From Candidatus Binatia bacterium (GTDB lineage: Bacteria > Desulfobacterota > Binatia > Bin18): 57,084 nt of DNA. Below the pieces are notes generated by a model. It was not told the DNA's origin. It worked only from the letters and a program-made list of their open reading frames with translations, and made no database searches. A program made the translations under genes and the position numbers. Position 1 is the stretch's first letter. Each line of letters opens with the position of its first letter. Where the stretch lies: assembly GCA_963666315.2 (NCBI GenBank), contig CAXXHG010000011.1, forward strand, positions 1 through 57,084, read 5' to 3'. Of the stretch, positions 1-9,351 are shown piece after piece.

Positions 1-834
1 TGTTTGCATCTTGGCCACATAGTCGTCACGAAAGCCGGTATACAGTTGCTGCATAGCCGGTGGCATATCCGCAGCCACGGTGGACTGTTCCCACAAGGCG
101 TGTAAAGCAACCATGGCAAACGGCCCCACACGATCAATCACTCTTTGAGAAGTCGCAGACTCGCCCGGTTGCAAAATACAAGCGGTCGTCAGCGCAATAT
201 TGGGCAGGTCTCGTGCCGATCGGCCGACCTTGGCCGCACCTTTTTCGACCACGTCGAGGTTTTTTCGCACGCTGTCAGGGCTAGAGATCGTGGTGATCCA
301 GCCATCCGCGATCTCCCCAGTCAGCTCCAGGGCTTTGGGCCCGTTCGATGCAAAGTAAATCGGGATGGGGTCTTTGAGATTAATATAGCCGTGGTCCTGA
401 TGCAGAAAGCGAATCCAGCGTTCGCGCCTGCCAGTGCCCACATTATCTTGAAACAGAATCTCCTCACCGTTGAGGAGTGCACGACATTGCTCAATATAGG
501 TACGTACGGTTTTGAGCGGGACCGGCGGCAAGCCCATGGTATTCCGGCCGGTAAAGCCTGTTCCCACGCCGAGAATAACGCGGCCCGGAGCAAGCTGATT
601 AATAGTCGCAATCGAGTGGGCAGTGACTGGAATTATGCGGTTGCTGGGGATGGCCACACCCGTACTGAGTGTGATCGTTTTGGTGTGTTCTGCCGCCAGG
701 GCCATGCAGGCATACACATCGCTATAGATCATCTGCGAGTCGTAGAACCAAGCGTGACTAAAGCCGCTCTCCTCAGCAACAACGAGATCTTTCCATGCAT
801 CGGGTTTGGCCGGATAGGCGATGGCAAATTCCAT
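1..834 (-). CDS. LLM-class flavin/F420-dependent oxidoreductase (3' end runs off window)
   Basis: Not in ORF track; read manually. AAAAAGGAGG RBS, then MEFAIAYPAKPDAWKDLVVAEESGFSHAWFYDSQMIYSDVYACMALAAEHT...TINQLAPGRVILGVGTG...GPKALELTGEIADGW. These are luciferase-like motifs and the frame is open to base 1. Confidence 0.9.
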   Translation of the reverse strand, partial: MEFAIAYPAKPDAWKDLVVAEESGFSHAWFYDSQMIYSDVYACMALAAEHTKTITLSTGVAIPSNRIIPVTAHSIATINQLAPGRVILGVGTGFTGRNTMGLPPVPLKTVRTYIEQCRALLNGEEILFQDNVGTGRRERWIRFLHQDHGYINLKDPIPIYFASNGPKALELTGEIADGWITTISSPDSVRKNLDVVEKGAAKVGRSARDLPNIALTTACILQPGESATSQRVIDRVGPFAMVALHALWEQSTVAADMPPAMQQLYTGFRDDYVAKMQT

Positions 835-856
835 GGCATTCCTCCTTTTTGGGTTT

Positions 857-1466
857 TCATTCTTCTGACAGGTATTCCAATAACTCGGGTAGGCGTGCAA
901 TCACAAGGTCTGCGTCAACCGTCCACGTCGGAGTTCGTCCGTTGGTCAGCAAGACCGTCATGGCCCCAGCCGCACGTCCGGCTTCGGTATCATGGCGGAA
1001 GTCGCCAACCATGAGCAGCGTTTCAATCGCAACTCCTAGTTCTGCTACTTGCCGTCCGTACGCATTCGGGATCAGGCTTGGGCGGAGCGTCCTCCCTTGT
1101 GACAAGCACGTCCACGCGGATGCCTAATCGCCGACACACCGCTTCCAGAGAAGCGCGACTGTTGCGCGTCACAATCGCTACGGGTAGACCACACGCTTGT
1201 ACTTCCGCGAGCGTTTCCCGAGCCCGGTCATTCCATTCCACATTGTCAACGCCGTCTTGCTCAAAGGCTGCAATAGTGGCAAAAGCCTCGCCACGTTGGG
1301 CAGGCGGAAGGGACTGCGCCCAGTGAAGGATATCGCCCTCAGGCAGGCTGAGCTGGGCTCTGAGCCGAGCAAAATCGAGATAGGGCTGGGTCAGCGTACT
1401 ATCCAGATCAAATGCGACGGCGTGCAGGCGGCGACGCTGACCATGCAGACGGATGAAGTAAGCCAC
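857..1466 (-). pseudogene. HAD-family hydrolase split by a single frameshift near 1049
   Basis: ORF 1023-1466 has motif I (FDLDSTL), motif II (VTRN) and KPDP. ORF 857-1105 carries motif IV (MVGDFRHDTEAGRAAG). Removing one base at 1049-1050 joins them. Confidence 0.85.
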
Positions 1467-1474
1467 ACCAATAC

Positions 1475-3322
1475 TCAGACGGCTGAGTGCAGCCCATACG
1501 AGGCAATCTGCTCGTCAAATCCTTGTAAGACTCGTGTGCGCAATTGGTCCCAAAATTCCGGCGTAAGAAAATGGGGCAGCTGCACGTTGGGATTGGGCTC
1601 AAAGGCGCGGGCGGGCAAGACATAGTCGTCCAACGTAGCCCCCTGTTTGCGCTCTGATAAGAGTCCGCGCAGATAGGCGCGCTGGGTGGCATGCTGCAGA
1701 TCTTCATGCGTGACCGTCACTCCGAACATGTCTTGAAAAACCGGCTCGATCACAGTGTCCGGCGTCCCCGCAAATTTGCATAGTCCGATGACGTCGTCCC
1801 GGGTGTAATACACGCCGCGATTGACAATGGCGTCTACCCAGTAGTTGAGATCGGTCTTGCCTTCTATAACGAGCAGCAGGAAGGTGCGCATGCCCATATG
1901 GCCGCCAGCAATGGCAAACGGATAACCTGGATTCGTCTCGGACAAATAGGCCGGCAGCTCCAACCCTTTACACTGCATAGCATACGCCAGCTCACCCAGT
2001 TGTTCGGACAGTCGTTTCACCCCGCGTCCCAGCTCGGGCACTCCACTGACTGCAGCCTGTTTAATGGGCTTACACGTTCCGCCAAAGTCACCGAACGACA
2101 GGCCGTTCAGAATGGGCTGCTCAGCATGCCGAGCGTTATAGTCCATGATATAGCCCAGCGTGACACCCAGGCTAATCGAGTCAAAGCCAAGCTGGTCGAC
2201 CAACTCAACGATTTCGAGGGCTTGATCCGGATCGTAAATCCCGAGGTTGGCTATCAGTAAATCTAGCGGCTTATAGTCGAATTTGGCATAAAATTTTCCA
2301 GGCTTACGGCGGCCGCTCTCTTCCTGAACCGTGTAGATATTCTTATGACAGCCTATGCCGCACTTGAAGCACGACTCGTCTTTGATGAAATAGTCGTCTT
2401 CCATGGATTCCCGGAATAACGGGGCCGGCTGCTCAGTACCCTGTGGCCAAAAGTTTTTTTCAGGCAACGCGCCAACCGGATGCAATCCGGCTACGTTGCG
2501 CCACGTCCCGCCAAGGCCGCCTTTCTTGGCATCGCGGTAATTGGCAGACCCTGGGTCCCGGCTGATTTCTTTATTTGCGGCTAATAACGCTGGCGACAGC
2601 CTCCCACGGTGCACATCCGGCGCTTGGGCCACAATCACAATCAGATTCTTTGAGCCCATGATGCTGCCCATGCCGCCCCGACCGGCAAACCGCGGCTTGC
2701 AGTCGCGCGAGTGGAGCTGATTGACCGTGCTGCAAGCTATAGACGCGTAGTAGTTGTCCTGCCACTGTTCGCCCGCCTGCCCGAGCACGGCAACGTGCGA
2801 GTCTGGGTAGCGATCCGTCAGATTCAACACCTTGTCATGCGTTTCGAGTCCTAAGAGTGGGCCGGCATCTTCAAGCGAGAGCGACATACCGTCATCAATC
2901 TTTTGCATGAGGAGGAAGACCGGACGAGCAGCCCGTCCGATAAAGACGACTTCGTCAACGTCCGCCGCCAAGACCTTGGTGGCAAACTTGCCTGAGGCGG
3001 TAGACCACATCACCAAAGGCCGTCCATTATTAGCAACTTTCAACGGGCTGTAGGCTGAGAAGAAAACCCGCAACCCGGTCATAAGATCGGTACCAGAAAA
3101 AACGCCCAGATTCATCACCAGCGGGGCAGCGGGTGAAAAGGCATCATCCACATCGTAGTCAGCCAGGAGCCGAAACGCTCGGCCCATACCGCCCAGAAAA
3201 TCGTCCAGGTCCCGGCACGGCATGACCTCCTCTTGAATCTGCTCTTGTCCCAGATCCACACTGAGGCGGCGGAACTGATAGTCGGTTACCTGCTTTGTTG
3301 CATTTGGCACTGTGGTCCACAT
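1475..3322 (-). CDS. Aldehyde:ferredoxin oxidoreductase family (tungstopterin, 4Fe-4S)
   Basis: RFAGRGGMGSIMGSKNL, CFKCGIGC, DQLGFDSIS, KGLELPAY and GLCKF motifs of the AOR family. Confidence 0.88.
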   Translation of the reverse strand: MWTTVPNATKQVTDYQFRRLSVDLGQEQIQEEVMPCRDLDDFLGGMGRAFRLLADYDVDDAFSPAAPLVMNLGVFSGTDLMTGLRVFFSAYSPLKVANNGRPLVMWSTASGKFATKVLAADVDEVVFIGRAARPVFLLMQKIDDGMSLSLEDAGPLLGLETHDKVLNLTDRYPDSHVAVLGQAGEQWQDNYYASIACSTVNQLHSRDCKPRFAGRGGMGSIMGSKNLIVIVAQAPDVHRGRLSPALLAANKEISRDPGSANYRDAKKGGLGGTWRNVAGLHPVGALPEKNFWPQGTEQPAPLFRESMEDDYFIKDESCFKCGIGCHKNIYTVQEESGRRKPGKFYAKFDYKPLDLLIANLGIYDPDQALEIVELVDQLGFDSISLGVTLGYIMDYNARHAEQPILNGLSFGDFGGTCKPIKQAAVSGVPELGRGVKRLSEQLGELAYAMQCKGLELPAYLSETNPGYPFAIAGGHMGMRTFLLLVIEGKTDLNYWVDAIVNRGVYYTRDDVIGLCKFAGTPDTVIEPVFQDMFGVTVTHEDLQHATQRAYLRGLLSERKQGATLDDYVLPARAFEPNPNVQLPHFLTPEFWDQLRTRVLQGFDEQIASYGLHSAV

Positions 3323-3835
3323 GGTCAGTTCTTCCCATGTTTCATTTGCCGGCCTGTTACTGAGGGTAGAGGAGCAGCCTCTTGCTCAACACACTCTAAT
3401 AAACTCTTGCAAACTCTTGCCTGGGATTCTTCCCTCTAACACCAGGCTTCGGGGCAGATCAATAGGCTTGGTCAATTCAGTGGGCCTGGGCTATGGGCTT
3501 AGTAAGAATGGTATGCTCTCACGCTCTGGCAGGAATGCCCGATTCGGGCGACGCTGGGCGCGGATTGAACGGCTGCTCCTCATTGGGCGGCTCCCGTGTC
3601 GGCCGGTCAGATCGTATAGTCCAACAAAAATAGGTAGTTTACCGCCTCCCCGCAAATACATAACGGCTGGCATTCACCTTGCTCTCTTCCTGTTTTATCA
3701 TGCAAGAGACCGTACGTGTATATCAACCGTCTCAAAAGCATTGCGACTGTGCATACGACCTCGTGAGTGGTCTATGAGACGCGTCTTCACGAACGGGTCA
3801 TCATGACATCCTGGAACCAGGAGTGCTATCCAAAC

Positions 3836-4177
3836 TTAGCCAGTGCGTGGGAATACGCCCATACCATGCAAGGCCCGTGCGTGGCCACGTGTACGCCGTG
3901 CATCGGGCAATGAAGCATGCCCACTGAGCACAGATCTCACTTTTTGTGCTGAAACGCTGCGCGTAGAACGTGCCGGTCGCTTCGGAAAAGTCACCACCGC
4001 CTTCGAATGAAGCAATGGCGATATTGAGCCAGGCGAGCTGCTGCGCGCTAAGCGCCCGCTATACTCGGCCAGGAGTGTTCCTTCAATAGAGACTTGCTGG
4101 CTCGCATATTCAAAGGGATGAACTTTCAGCGAAGTATATTTCCCCCTATACTTACAAATTACCTCGCCTGGGCTCAT
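3836..4177 (-). CDS. Hypothetical protein (113 aa)
   Basis: ATG overlaps the upstream TGA (ATGA at 4174-4177); no recognisable motif. Confidence 0.3.
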   Translation of the reverse strand: MSPGEVICKYRGKYTSLKVHPFEYASQQVSIEGTLLAEYSGRLARSSSPGSISPLLHSKAVVTFPKRPARSTRSVSAQKVRSVLSGHASLPDARRTRGHARALHGMGVFPRTG

Positions 4178-4698
4178 GCCCCCTCCTCCTGTCTTTGTTC
4201 GCTCAGCGATTCGCCGTGCGATTCGCCGCCAGGCTCGGTCCGTGTCCAGCCGGCTTGGGACGCTACGCCAATCGCAGACACAGAAGAACGCACCGCCGTT
4301 TCCTGGGCAACAGTCGACCAGGACTGCGTCCGGTCCGGATGGCGTGATCGTTCAGCGCTGAAAAGAAAATGGGAACAGGCCGGAGGGTAGGCATCCTCCT
4401 CGGACACGAGCTGATTCGCTCCGCATTGGGGACATACACCTGATCGACGGCTCCGACGCCACACCGAGTAGACGAGGCCCGGCAAACAGGCCAGCCCGGC
4501 GTACAACTCTCCAACGGCTGCCATGATCCCGAGAGTCGCTAGCCCTAGCCCCCATAACACACTTTCGATGACGAAGGTGCCACGCAGACAGAGTCTTGGC
4601 ATGCCGATCCAGAAACATGCTGGGCAAAGAACAGTAGGATTTCGGTATTGCAACCGCTCAGCAAATTTCCGGCTTAGCGCAGGAAGCTGGCTCATCAG
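4174..4698 (-). CDS. Membrane protein with split Zn-ribbon (CxxC - TM hairpin - CxxC, LITAF-like)
   Basis: CPAC...GTFVIESVLW...PGLVYSVWR...VCPQCG pattern; AAGGAGG RBS before MLMSQLP. Confidence 0.65.
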   Translation of the reverse strand: MMSQLPALSRKFAERLQYRNPTVLCPACFWIGMPRLCLRGTFVIESVLWGLGLATLGIMAAVGELYAGLACLPGLVYSVWRRSRRSGVCPQCGANQLVSEEDAYPPACSHFLFSAERSRHPDRTQSWSTVAQETAVRSSVSAIGVASQAGWTRTEPGGESHGESLSEQRQEEGA

Positions 4699-4853
4699 CA
4701 TCCTCCTTTCAGGACTCGGTGGATTATACCAGCGCACAAATCAATCGGATAGGGTCTGTTGCGCTTCCGACAAACAAACCAGCCGAGCAAAAAAGGCGAG
4801 GGCGCCACACCCTCGCCTGCTCTTCCTCCGGTCTATTGGTCGGAAGCGCTCAT

Positions 4854-6587
4854 CTAGCCTCGTCCGTTGCGAAGCAGCTGCCCCGGCGTCTCTCCGGTAC
4901 ACTCGCCATCTTCGAAAGTCTGAACGCCATTGACGACAATCGCATGATAGCCTTTGGCGCGCTGAATCCGACGCCATTCGCCGCCAGGGAAATCATGGAT
5001 AATCTCGCCTATCCAGTTCGGCTCGATATCCAGCCCATCCAGATCATATACAACCACATCAGCGGCGGCACCCTCGCGCAGAACGCCACGATCGTGGAAG
5101 CCGGCCGCATGAGCAGGCAGGGCGGATAACCGATAGTGCGCCTCTTCCAGGCTAATGAGCTTTTCATCTCGCACCAACCAGCGCAGGAAATCAGTCGTAA
5201 AGGCACCGCCGGTGAAAAACTTGGTGTGTGCGCCTCCGTCCGACGCGCCGGGAAAGGTAAAATCCGAGTCATTAATCATCTCTGCCGTGTGTTCGGCATT
5301 AAAACCGCGGTCCGGTCCCAGAAACTCGACATTGAGATCGCCCGCGAGAGACAGGTCCAGCATAACATCAAGCGGATCTTTGCTTTCCGCTTCTGCAATC
5401 TGGCCCACGGAGAGCCCTATATATTTTTCCAGCTCGGGCTGGTCGTTCGCTGTCTGCACGATTAAACCGGGAATCGGACCGCCGACGCCGGCCTGGATGA
5501 CCTGCAGCTTCCGATCCGCTGCTTCGGTTTCACGCTTGATTGCCTCGCGCAGGGCAGGATTTTTCATCTTGGACAGCTTCTCGGTTTTGGTTCCAGTCGT
5601 CAGTTCGCGCCAGGCCGGACTGGCGTCGTACAGGTTCCAGTGTTCAAGTGTGAAAGCAAAACCGGTCCTGTGGGTTCCGGTCTGACCATAGATCGGCAGA
5701 TTCTTGGCCCGGCAGCGCTCCAGCCAATCCAGGCTCCGACGGTGGACTTTTGGGTCCTTGCGCGCCGCCACGATAACGTTGTGCAGTACCGGTCGCCGGG
5801 CAGTCTCGGCGAGTTTTTCCAAAAATGCGAGGTCGACTTTGATATCTCCCCTGGCCTGTGTAATTTGGATAAAACCTTCGTCACGTTCGCGCAGCACCTC
5901 AGCCAGATTGAGGATGTCCTCATCGGACATAATGTCGGTCACCATAGGCGAACCGTCGTAATCGGCCTGCGTTGAGTCAGGACCAAGCCGCTGAATGGAA
6001 AAGCCGCACAGACCAGCGTCCATCCCTTCGTGCAGCAGCCGTTTCATCTCTTTCTTTTCAGCATCTGTGGCCGCACGGCTCTTGGCCGCCTCCAGCCCCA
6101 TCACATAGGTCATCAGCGAGGCGGTCGGCATGTATTGAATACAGTTCACGCCCTTGGGAGCACGGTCTAAAGAGTCGAGATATTCAGGGATAGTCTCCCA
6201 ATCCCAGCTCATGCCCTCCTTCATGGAGTCATACGGGATGGCTTCGGTACGGGTCATGGTGAGCATAGAGCGCCCTTGGAATTCAGGCTTCACCGGCGCA
6301 AAGCCGAAACCGCAGTTACCCAGCACAACCGAGGTCACGCCGTGCCAGCCGGATATGGTGCACCAGGGGTCCCAGCGGATCTGAGCGTCGTAATGCGTAT
6401 GTAGATCAACAAAGCCGGGCGCGACAATAAGCCCATCAGCATCGATAACTTTTTTGGCGCTCCCCGGCGCGCGGCCACCGATTTGGGCGATTTTTCCATC
6501 TTTCACCCATACGTCAGCCTGAAAGCGCGGGACACGCGACCCATCAACAACAGTCCCCCCCTTAATATGCACATCGTAATCGACCAT
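4854..6587 (-). CDS. N-acyl-D-amino-acid deacylase-family amidohydrolase
   Basis: IKGGTVVDG, APGFVDLHTHYDAQ, GVTSVVLGNCGFG, SDGGAH, DRGVLREGAAADVVV; AGGAGG RBS. Confidence 0.92.
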   Translation of the reverse strand: MVDYDVHIKGGTVVDGSRVPRFQADVWVKDGKIAQIGGRAPGSAKKVIDADGLIVAPGFVDLHTHYDAQIRWDPWCTISGWHGVTSVVLGNCGFGFAPVKPEFQGRSMLTMTRTEAIPYDSMKEGMSWDWETIPEYLDSLDRAPKGVNCIQYMPTASLMTYVMGLEAAKSRAATDAEKKEMKRLLHEGMDAGLCGFSIQRLGPDSTQADYDGSPMVTDIMSDEDILNLAEVLRERDEGFIQITQARGDIKVDLAFLEKLAETARRPVLHNVIVAARKDPKVHRRSLDWLERCRAKNLPIYGQTGTHRTGFAFTLEHWNLYDASPAWRELTTGTKTEKLSKMKNPALREAIKRETEAADRKLQVIQAGVGGPIPGLIVQTANDQPELEKYIGLSVGQIAEAESKDPLDVMLDLSLAGDLNVEFLGPDRGFNAEHTAEMINDSDFTFPGASDGGAHTKFFTGGAFTTDFLRWLVRDEKLISLEEAHYRLSALPAHAAGFHDRGVLREGAAADVVVYDLDGLDIEPNWIGEIIHDFPGGEWRRIQRAKGYHAIVVNGVQTFEDGECTGETPGQLLRNGRG

Positions 6588-7016
6588 ATGGAGCCCTCCT
6601 TACCTTAATGACTGTAACGATCTTGGTGATCTTGATCTAATCGGTACATCGTTCTTTCCATTGCTATAGAGTTTCTGGGCAATAAAGGCAAGCTTTACGT
6701 CTCTTGCGCTATAAGGCTACGAGTCACTTCGGCGGCCATTTTTTCACGACTTTCGGCTGTGGCCATCGAATGAGTATGGAACACGGACACCGTTCGTCCT
6801 CGTCATCCTCGTCGTCAAAACCATCATCGGGAGAACAAGAAAACTGCATACGCGTACTCTACTGTATTGACCGAAGACGTGTCTACTACAACTGCCTTCT
6901 GTGCTATTCCTTGGAAATCCAGTTGACACTATATATAGTGAACGGCTCAAACGCCGTGAGACTAAGGGTGACAACACCCAGGTGGCTCTCGGACCAAGCG
7001 GACCAAAAAAGATATT

Positions 7017-7520
7017 ATGCAACGCTCCATACGATATATGCCACTCATCACGCTAGTCGGTCTCAGCCTAGGGTTCTTACCTATCGCCATGACACACGTG
7101 TCGGCTCAGGAATGGGGAAAATCTTTTAATCCATACACGCACCAGTGGGAAGACAATGGCCCACCACCCGCAGACCTCTCCGACAAGTCAGCTGAGGACG
7201 CTGCAGAAGCAGCACTGGAAGTGCCGAAGCAAGCAGCCGACAATACAAGTCAGTCAGCTGAGGACGCTGCCCAGTCAGCTGAGAGCGCTGCCGAGGCAGC
7301 GGTAGATTTGCTGCAGCGAGCAGCAAAAGACTCAACCCGGTGGCTGTATGAGAGACCATCCTGCCCAAAAATGCACTATCATAAACCCCTGCCAGGGAGG
7401 GACGTGTGCTCCGATCCGTTGGGCGGGGACGCAGATATCAGCTGTTCGCCTGGAGCTACGCTGGTGATCGACTATCACTCGGCCGGCAGTGACGCCTGTC
7501 GAAGTCAGCTGAAGTTTTAA
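7017..7520 (+). CDS. Secreted hypothetical protein with SAEDAA repeats and 4-Cys C-terminal domain
   Basis: Signal peptide ending VSA-QE, Ala/Glu-rich repeats, Cys-containing tail. Confidence 0.6.
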   Translation: MQRSIRYMPLITLVGLSLGFLPIAMTHVSAQEWGKSFNPYTHQWEDNGPPPADLSDKSAEDAAEAALEVPKQAADNTSQSAEDAAQSAESAAEAAVDLLQRAAKDSTRWLYERPSCPKMHYHKPLPGRDVCSDPLGGDADISCSPGATLVIDYHSAGSDACRSQLKF

Positions 7521-7566
7521 GTCGCAGCAGCTATGGAAGACGTTACATCACACAGAGGAGCACGAG

Positions 7567-7815
7567 GTGGAGAAACCAGACATTCAGTATCCTTGCATTT
7601 GGTCTTACAAAATAATCGGTTCGGACAGCGCGCGTATTACAGACGCAATGCCCGTTGTTCTCAAGGCTTTTGAGTATCAATTTAGTGAATCTCGCCAAAG
7701 TAAGACCGGCAAGTTCACTTCATTTCATTTGTCCATGCAGGTAAACAGTGAGGAAGAGCGGAATACCGTACTCAATATCCTCAGAGATATTCCTAGTGTC
7801 AAGTTTATATTGTGA
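7567..7815 (+). CDS. DUF493/YbeD-like (HP0495-type) ACT-fold protein
   Basis: KPDIQYPCIWSYKIIG...SKTGKFTSFHL...VKFIL; GAGGAG RBS. Confidence 0.85.
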   Translation: MEKPDIQYPCIWSYKIIGSDSARITDAMPVVLKAFEYQFSESRQSKTGKFTSFHLSMQVNSEEERNTVLNILRDIPSVKFIL

Positions 7816-7954
7816 GTCCTGCAAACCGGCGCGTGGACGGGCCTTGGCGTGAGCGGCTCTCAGTTCGGGCGACGCTTTTTGATCCCCAAGAGCTGTGCAA
7901 AACCACGTATACGGTGCCACCAAACTGCAGCCGACACACGGGGCTACTCCCGCG

Positions 7955-9253
7955 TCAGTCTGTCCCTGCTGCCTGCTTTGCTCCCTGCCGGCCTTGTTTA
8001 GCGAGATTCGGATCGAGCACTTCTGTTTGGATAGTCACTATCGAGCTGAACCACTGCTCCATGCTCGCGGCGTCCATATGCGACCAATCCGGAATCTCCA
8101 GGACCAGCGCGCGTCCCAGTTGGTTGCCAAATCTGACCAGATTGTTGTTCGTGTCGGTCCGGGTCTTGTCCCAGTCAGTGAGCGCCTCTTCCAAGGAGTT
8201 GTGCGTTTTCAAGGCGACACCCAGCGCGACGGCGTCGTTTATGCCTTTGAGTGCTCCGGCGGCGGTGTGCGGGCGGGCATACGCGCCGGCATCACCGACC
8301 AAGCAGATGCCGCCCTTACGATATCCAGGAACCTGGCAATCATAAATTGCATACGCGTACGTGCCCTCGCTCTTGTCGACGATTTCAGCGTAATAGTCGG
8401 GCACGTCCTTTCGTGCTTGCCGCTTCAATGCGGATTCTGTTGCGAGAGACATGCCGCCGGGAGGCAGGGAACCCTCGTGCGCTTTCCCGTCTTTGTCTGT
8501 CAGAAAGTCGGCCAGCTCGGGCTCAGCAATCGACACATACATGCCCCAATTGACCAGGCGTTTGCCGGGCGCTGTCGCTCCGTCCAGGCCTGGAACAAAA
8601 TAAAAAATACCATGCCCACCCGGATAACCGGGACAGTGCACGCCGGTTTCGAGCGGATCCGATTCCGTGAGCTCCTGCTCCAGCAGCAAGCCGCGCCACA
8701 AGACGTAGCCCGCATAGGTGATGCTGACATCAGGAAAGAGTTTGCGGCGTCCGAGCGACGTATAGCCATCCGCACAGACCACCAGATCAAATTCGAGTCT
8801 GGTCCCTTCCGCTAACTCCACACCCACCGTTCCGTCCGGCTGTTGGTGTAAGGCAACGACTCGCTGCCCCGAACGATACACCTGATCCGGCACACGCTTG
8901 CGGAGATTGCGATACAGCCCACCCCAGTTGAGTAACGCCAGGTTCACAGGTTGATCCCAAGCAAGATACCCGTAGCGTCGGGCTTGTTCCGTGCGCCATA
9001 GACGAGTAAACGCATGGCCAGAGAAGTAGGGTGTGTCAGCATCGACCAAGTCGCGTTTGATGAAGGTGTCCATAACAGAAGGGGGAACACCGATACCCGC
9101 CCCGCGGTCCTTCAACTCTTCACCCGTGCGCTCTAACAGCATGACCGCGCAGCCTAAACGCAGGAGTTCGATGGCTGTCGTACATCCGGCAATCGAGCCG
9201 CCGATGATGCCGACCCTGAGTCCTTGTGTGAGCCCGCTCGTGGTTTCTGACAT
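7955..9253 (-). CDS. FAD-dependent monooxygenase (2,6-dihydroxypyridine hydroxylase-like group A)
   Basis: IIGGSIAG, DLVVCADG, YAGYVLWRG, LVGDAGAYARPHTAAG. Confidence 0.9.
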   Translation of the reverse strand: MSETTSGLTQGLRVGIIGGSIAGCTTAIELLRLGCAVMLLERTGEELKDRGAGIGVPPSVMDTFIKRDLVDADTPYFSGHAFTRLWRTEQARRYGYLAWDQPVNLALLNWGGLYRNLRKRVPDQVYRSGQRVVALHQQPDGTVGVELAEGTRLEFDLVVCADGYTSLGRRKLFPDVSITYAGYVLWRGLLLEQELTESDPLETGVHCPGYPGGHGIFYFVPGLDGATAPGKRLVNWGMYVSIAEPELADFLTDKDGKAHEGSLPPGGMSLATESALKRQARKDVPDYYAEIVDKSEGTYAYAIYDCQVPGYRKGGICLVGDAGAYARPHTAAGALKGINDAVALGVALKTHNSLEEALTDWDKTRTDTNNNLVRFGNQLGRALVLEIPDWSHMDAASMEQWFSSIVTIQTEVLDPNLAKQGRQGAKQAAGTD

Positions 9254-9351
9254 TGCTCTCCTCTAGCCGTCGTGTCCCCTCATAACGTGCTGCCTAACGC
9301 CCTATCTGCACGCTACCAACGGTGCAAGGACGGGGTGGTGCGTCCTGATAC

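Noticed and set aside
145-1014. 289-aa + strand ORF
   Set aside because: Antisense shadow of the LLM oxidoreductase on the - strand, which has the RBS and family motifs.
7895-8815. 306-aa + strand ORF and similar long antisense ORFs (22148-22915, 34272-35378, 38932-39768, 47581-48522)
   Set aside because: They lie opposite well-supported genes, have no motifs, and are typical GC-rich codon shadows.
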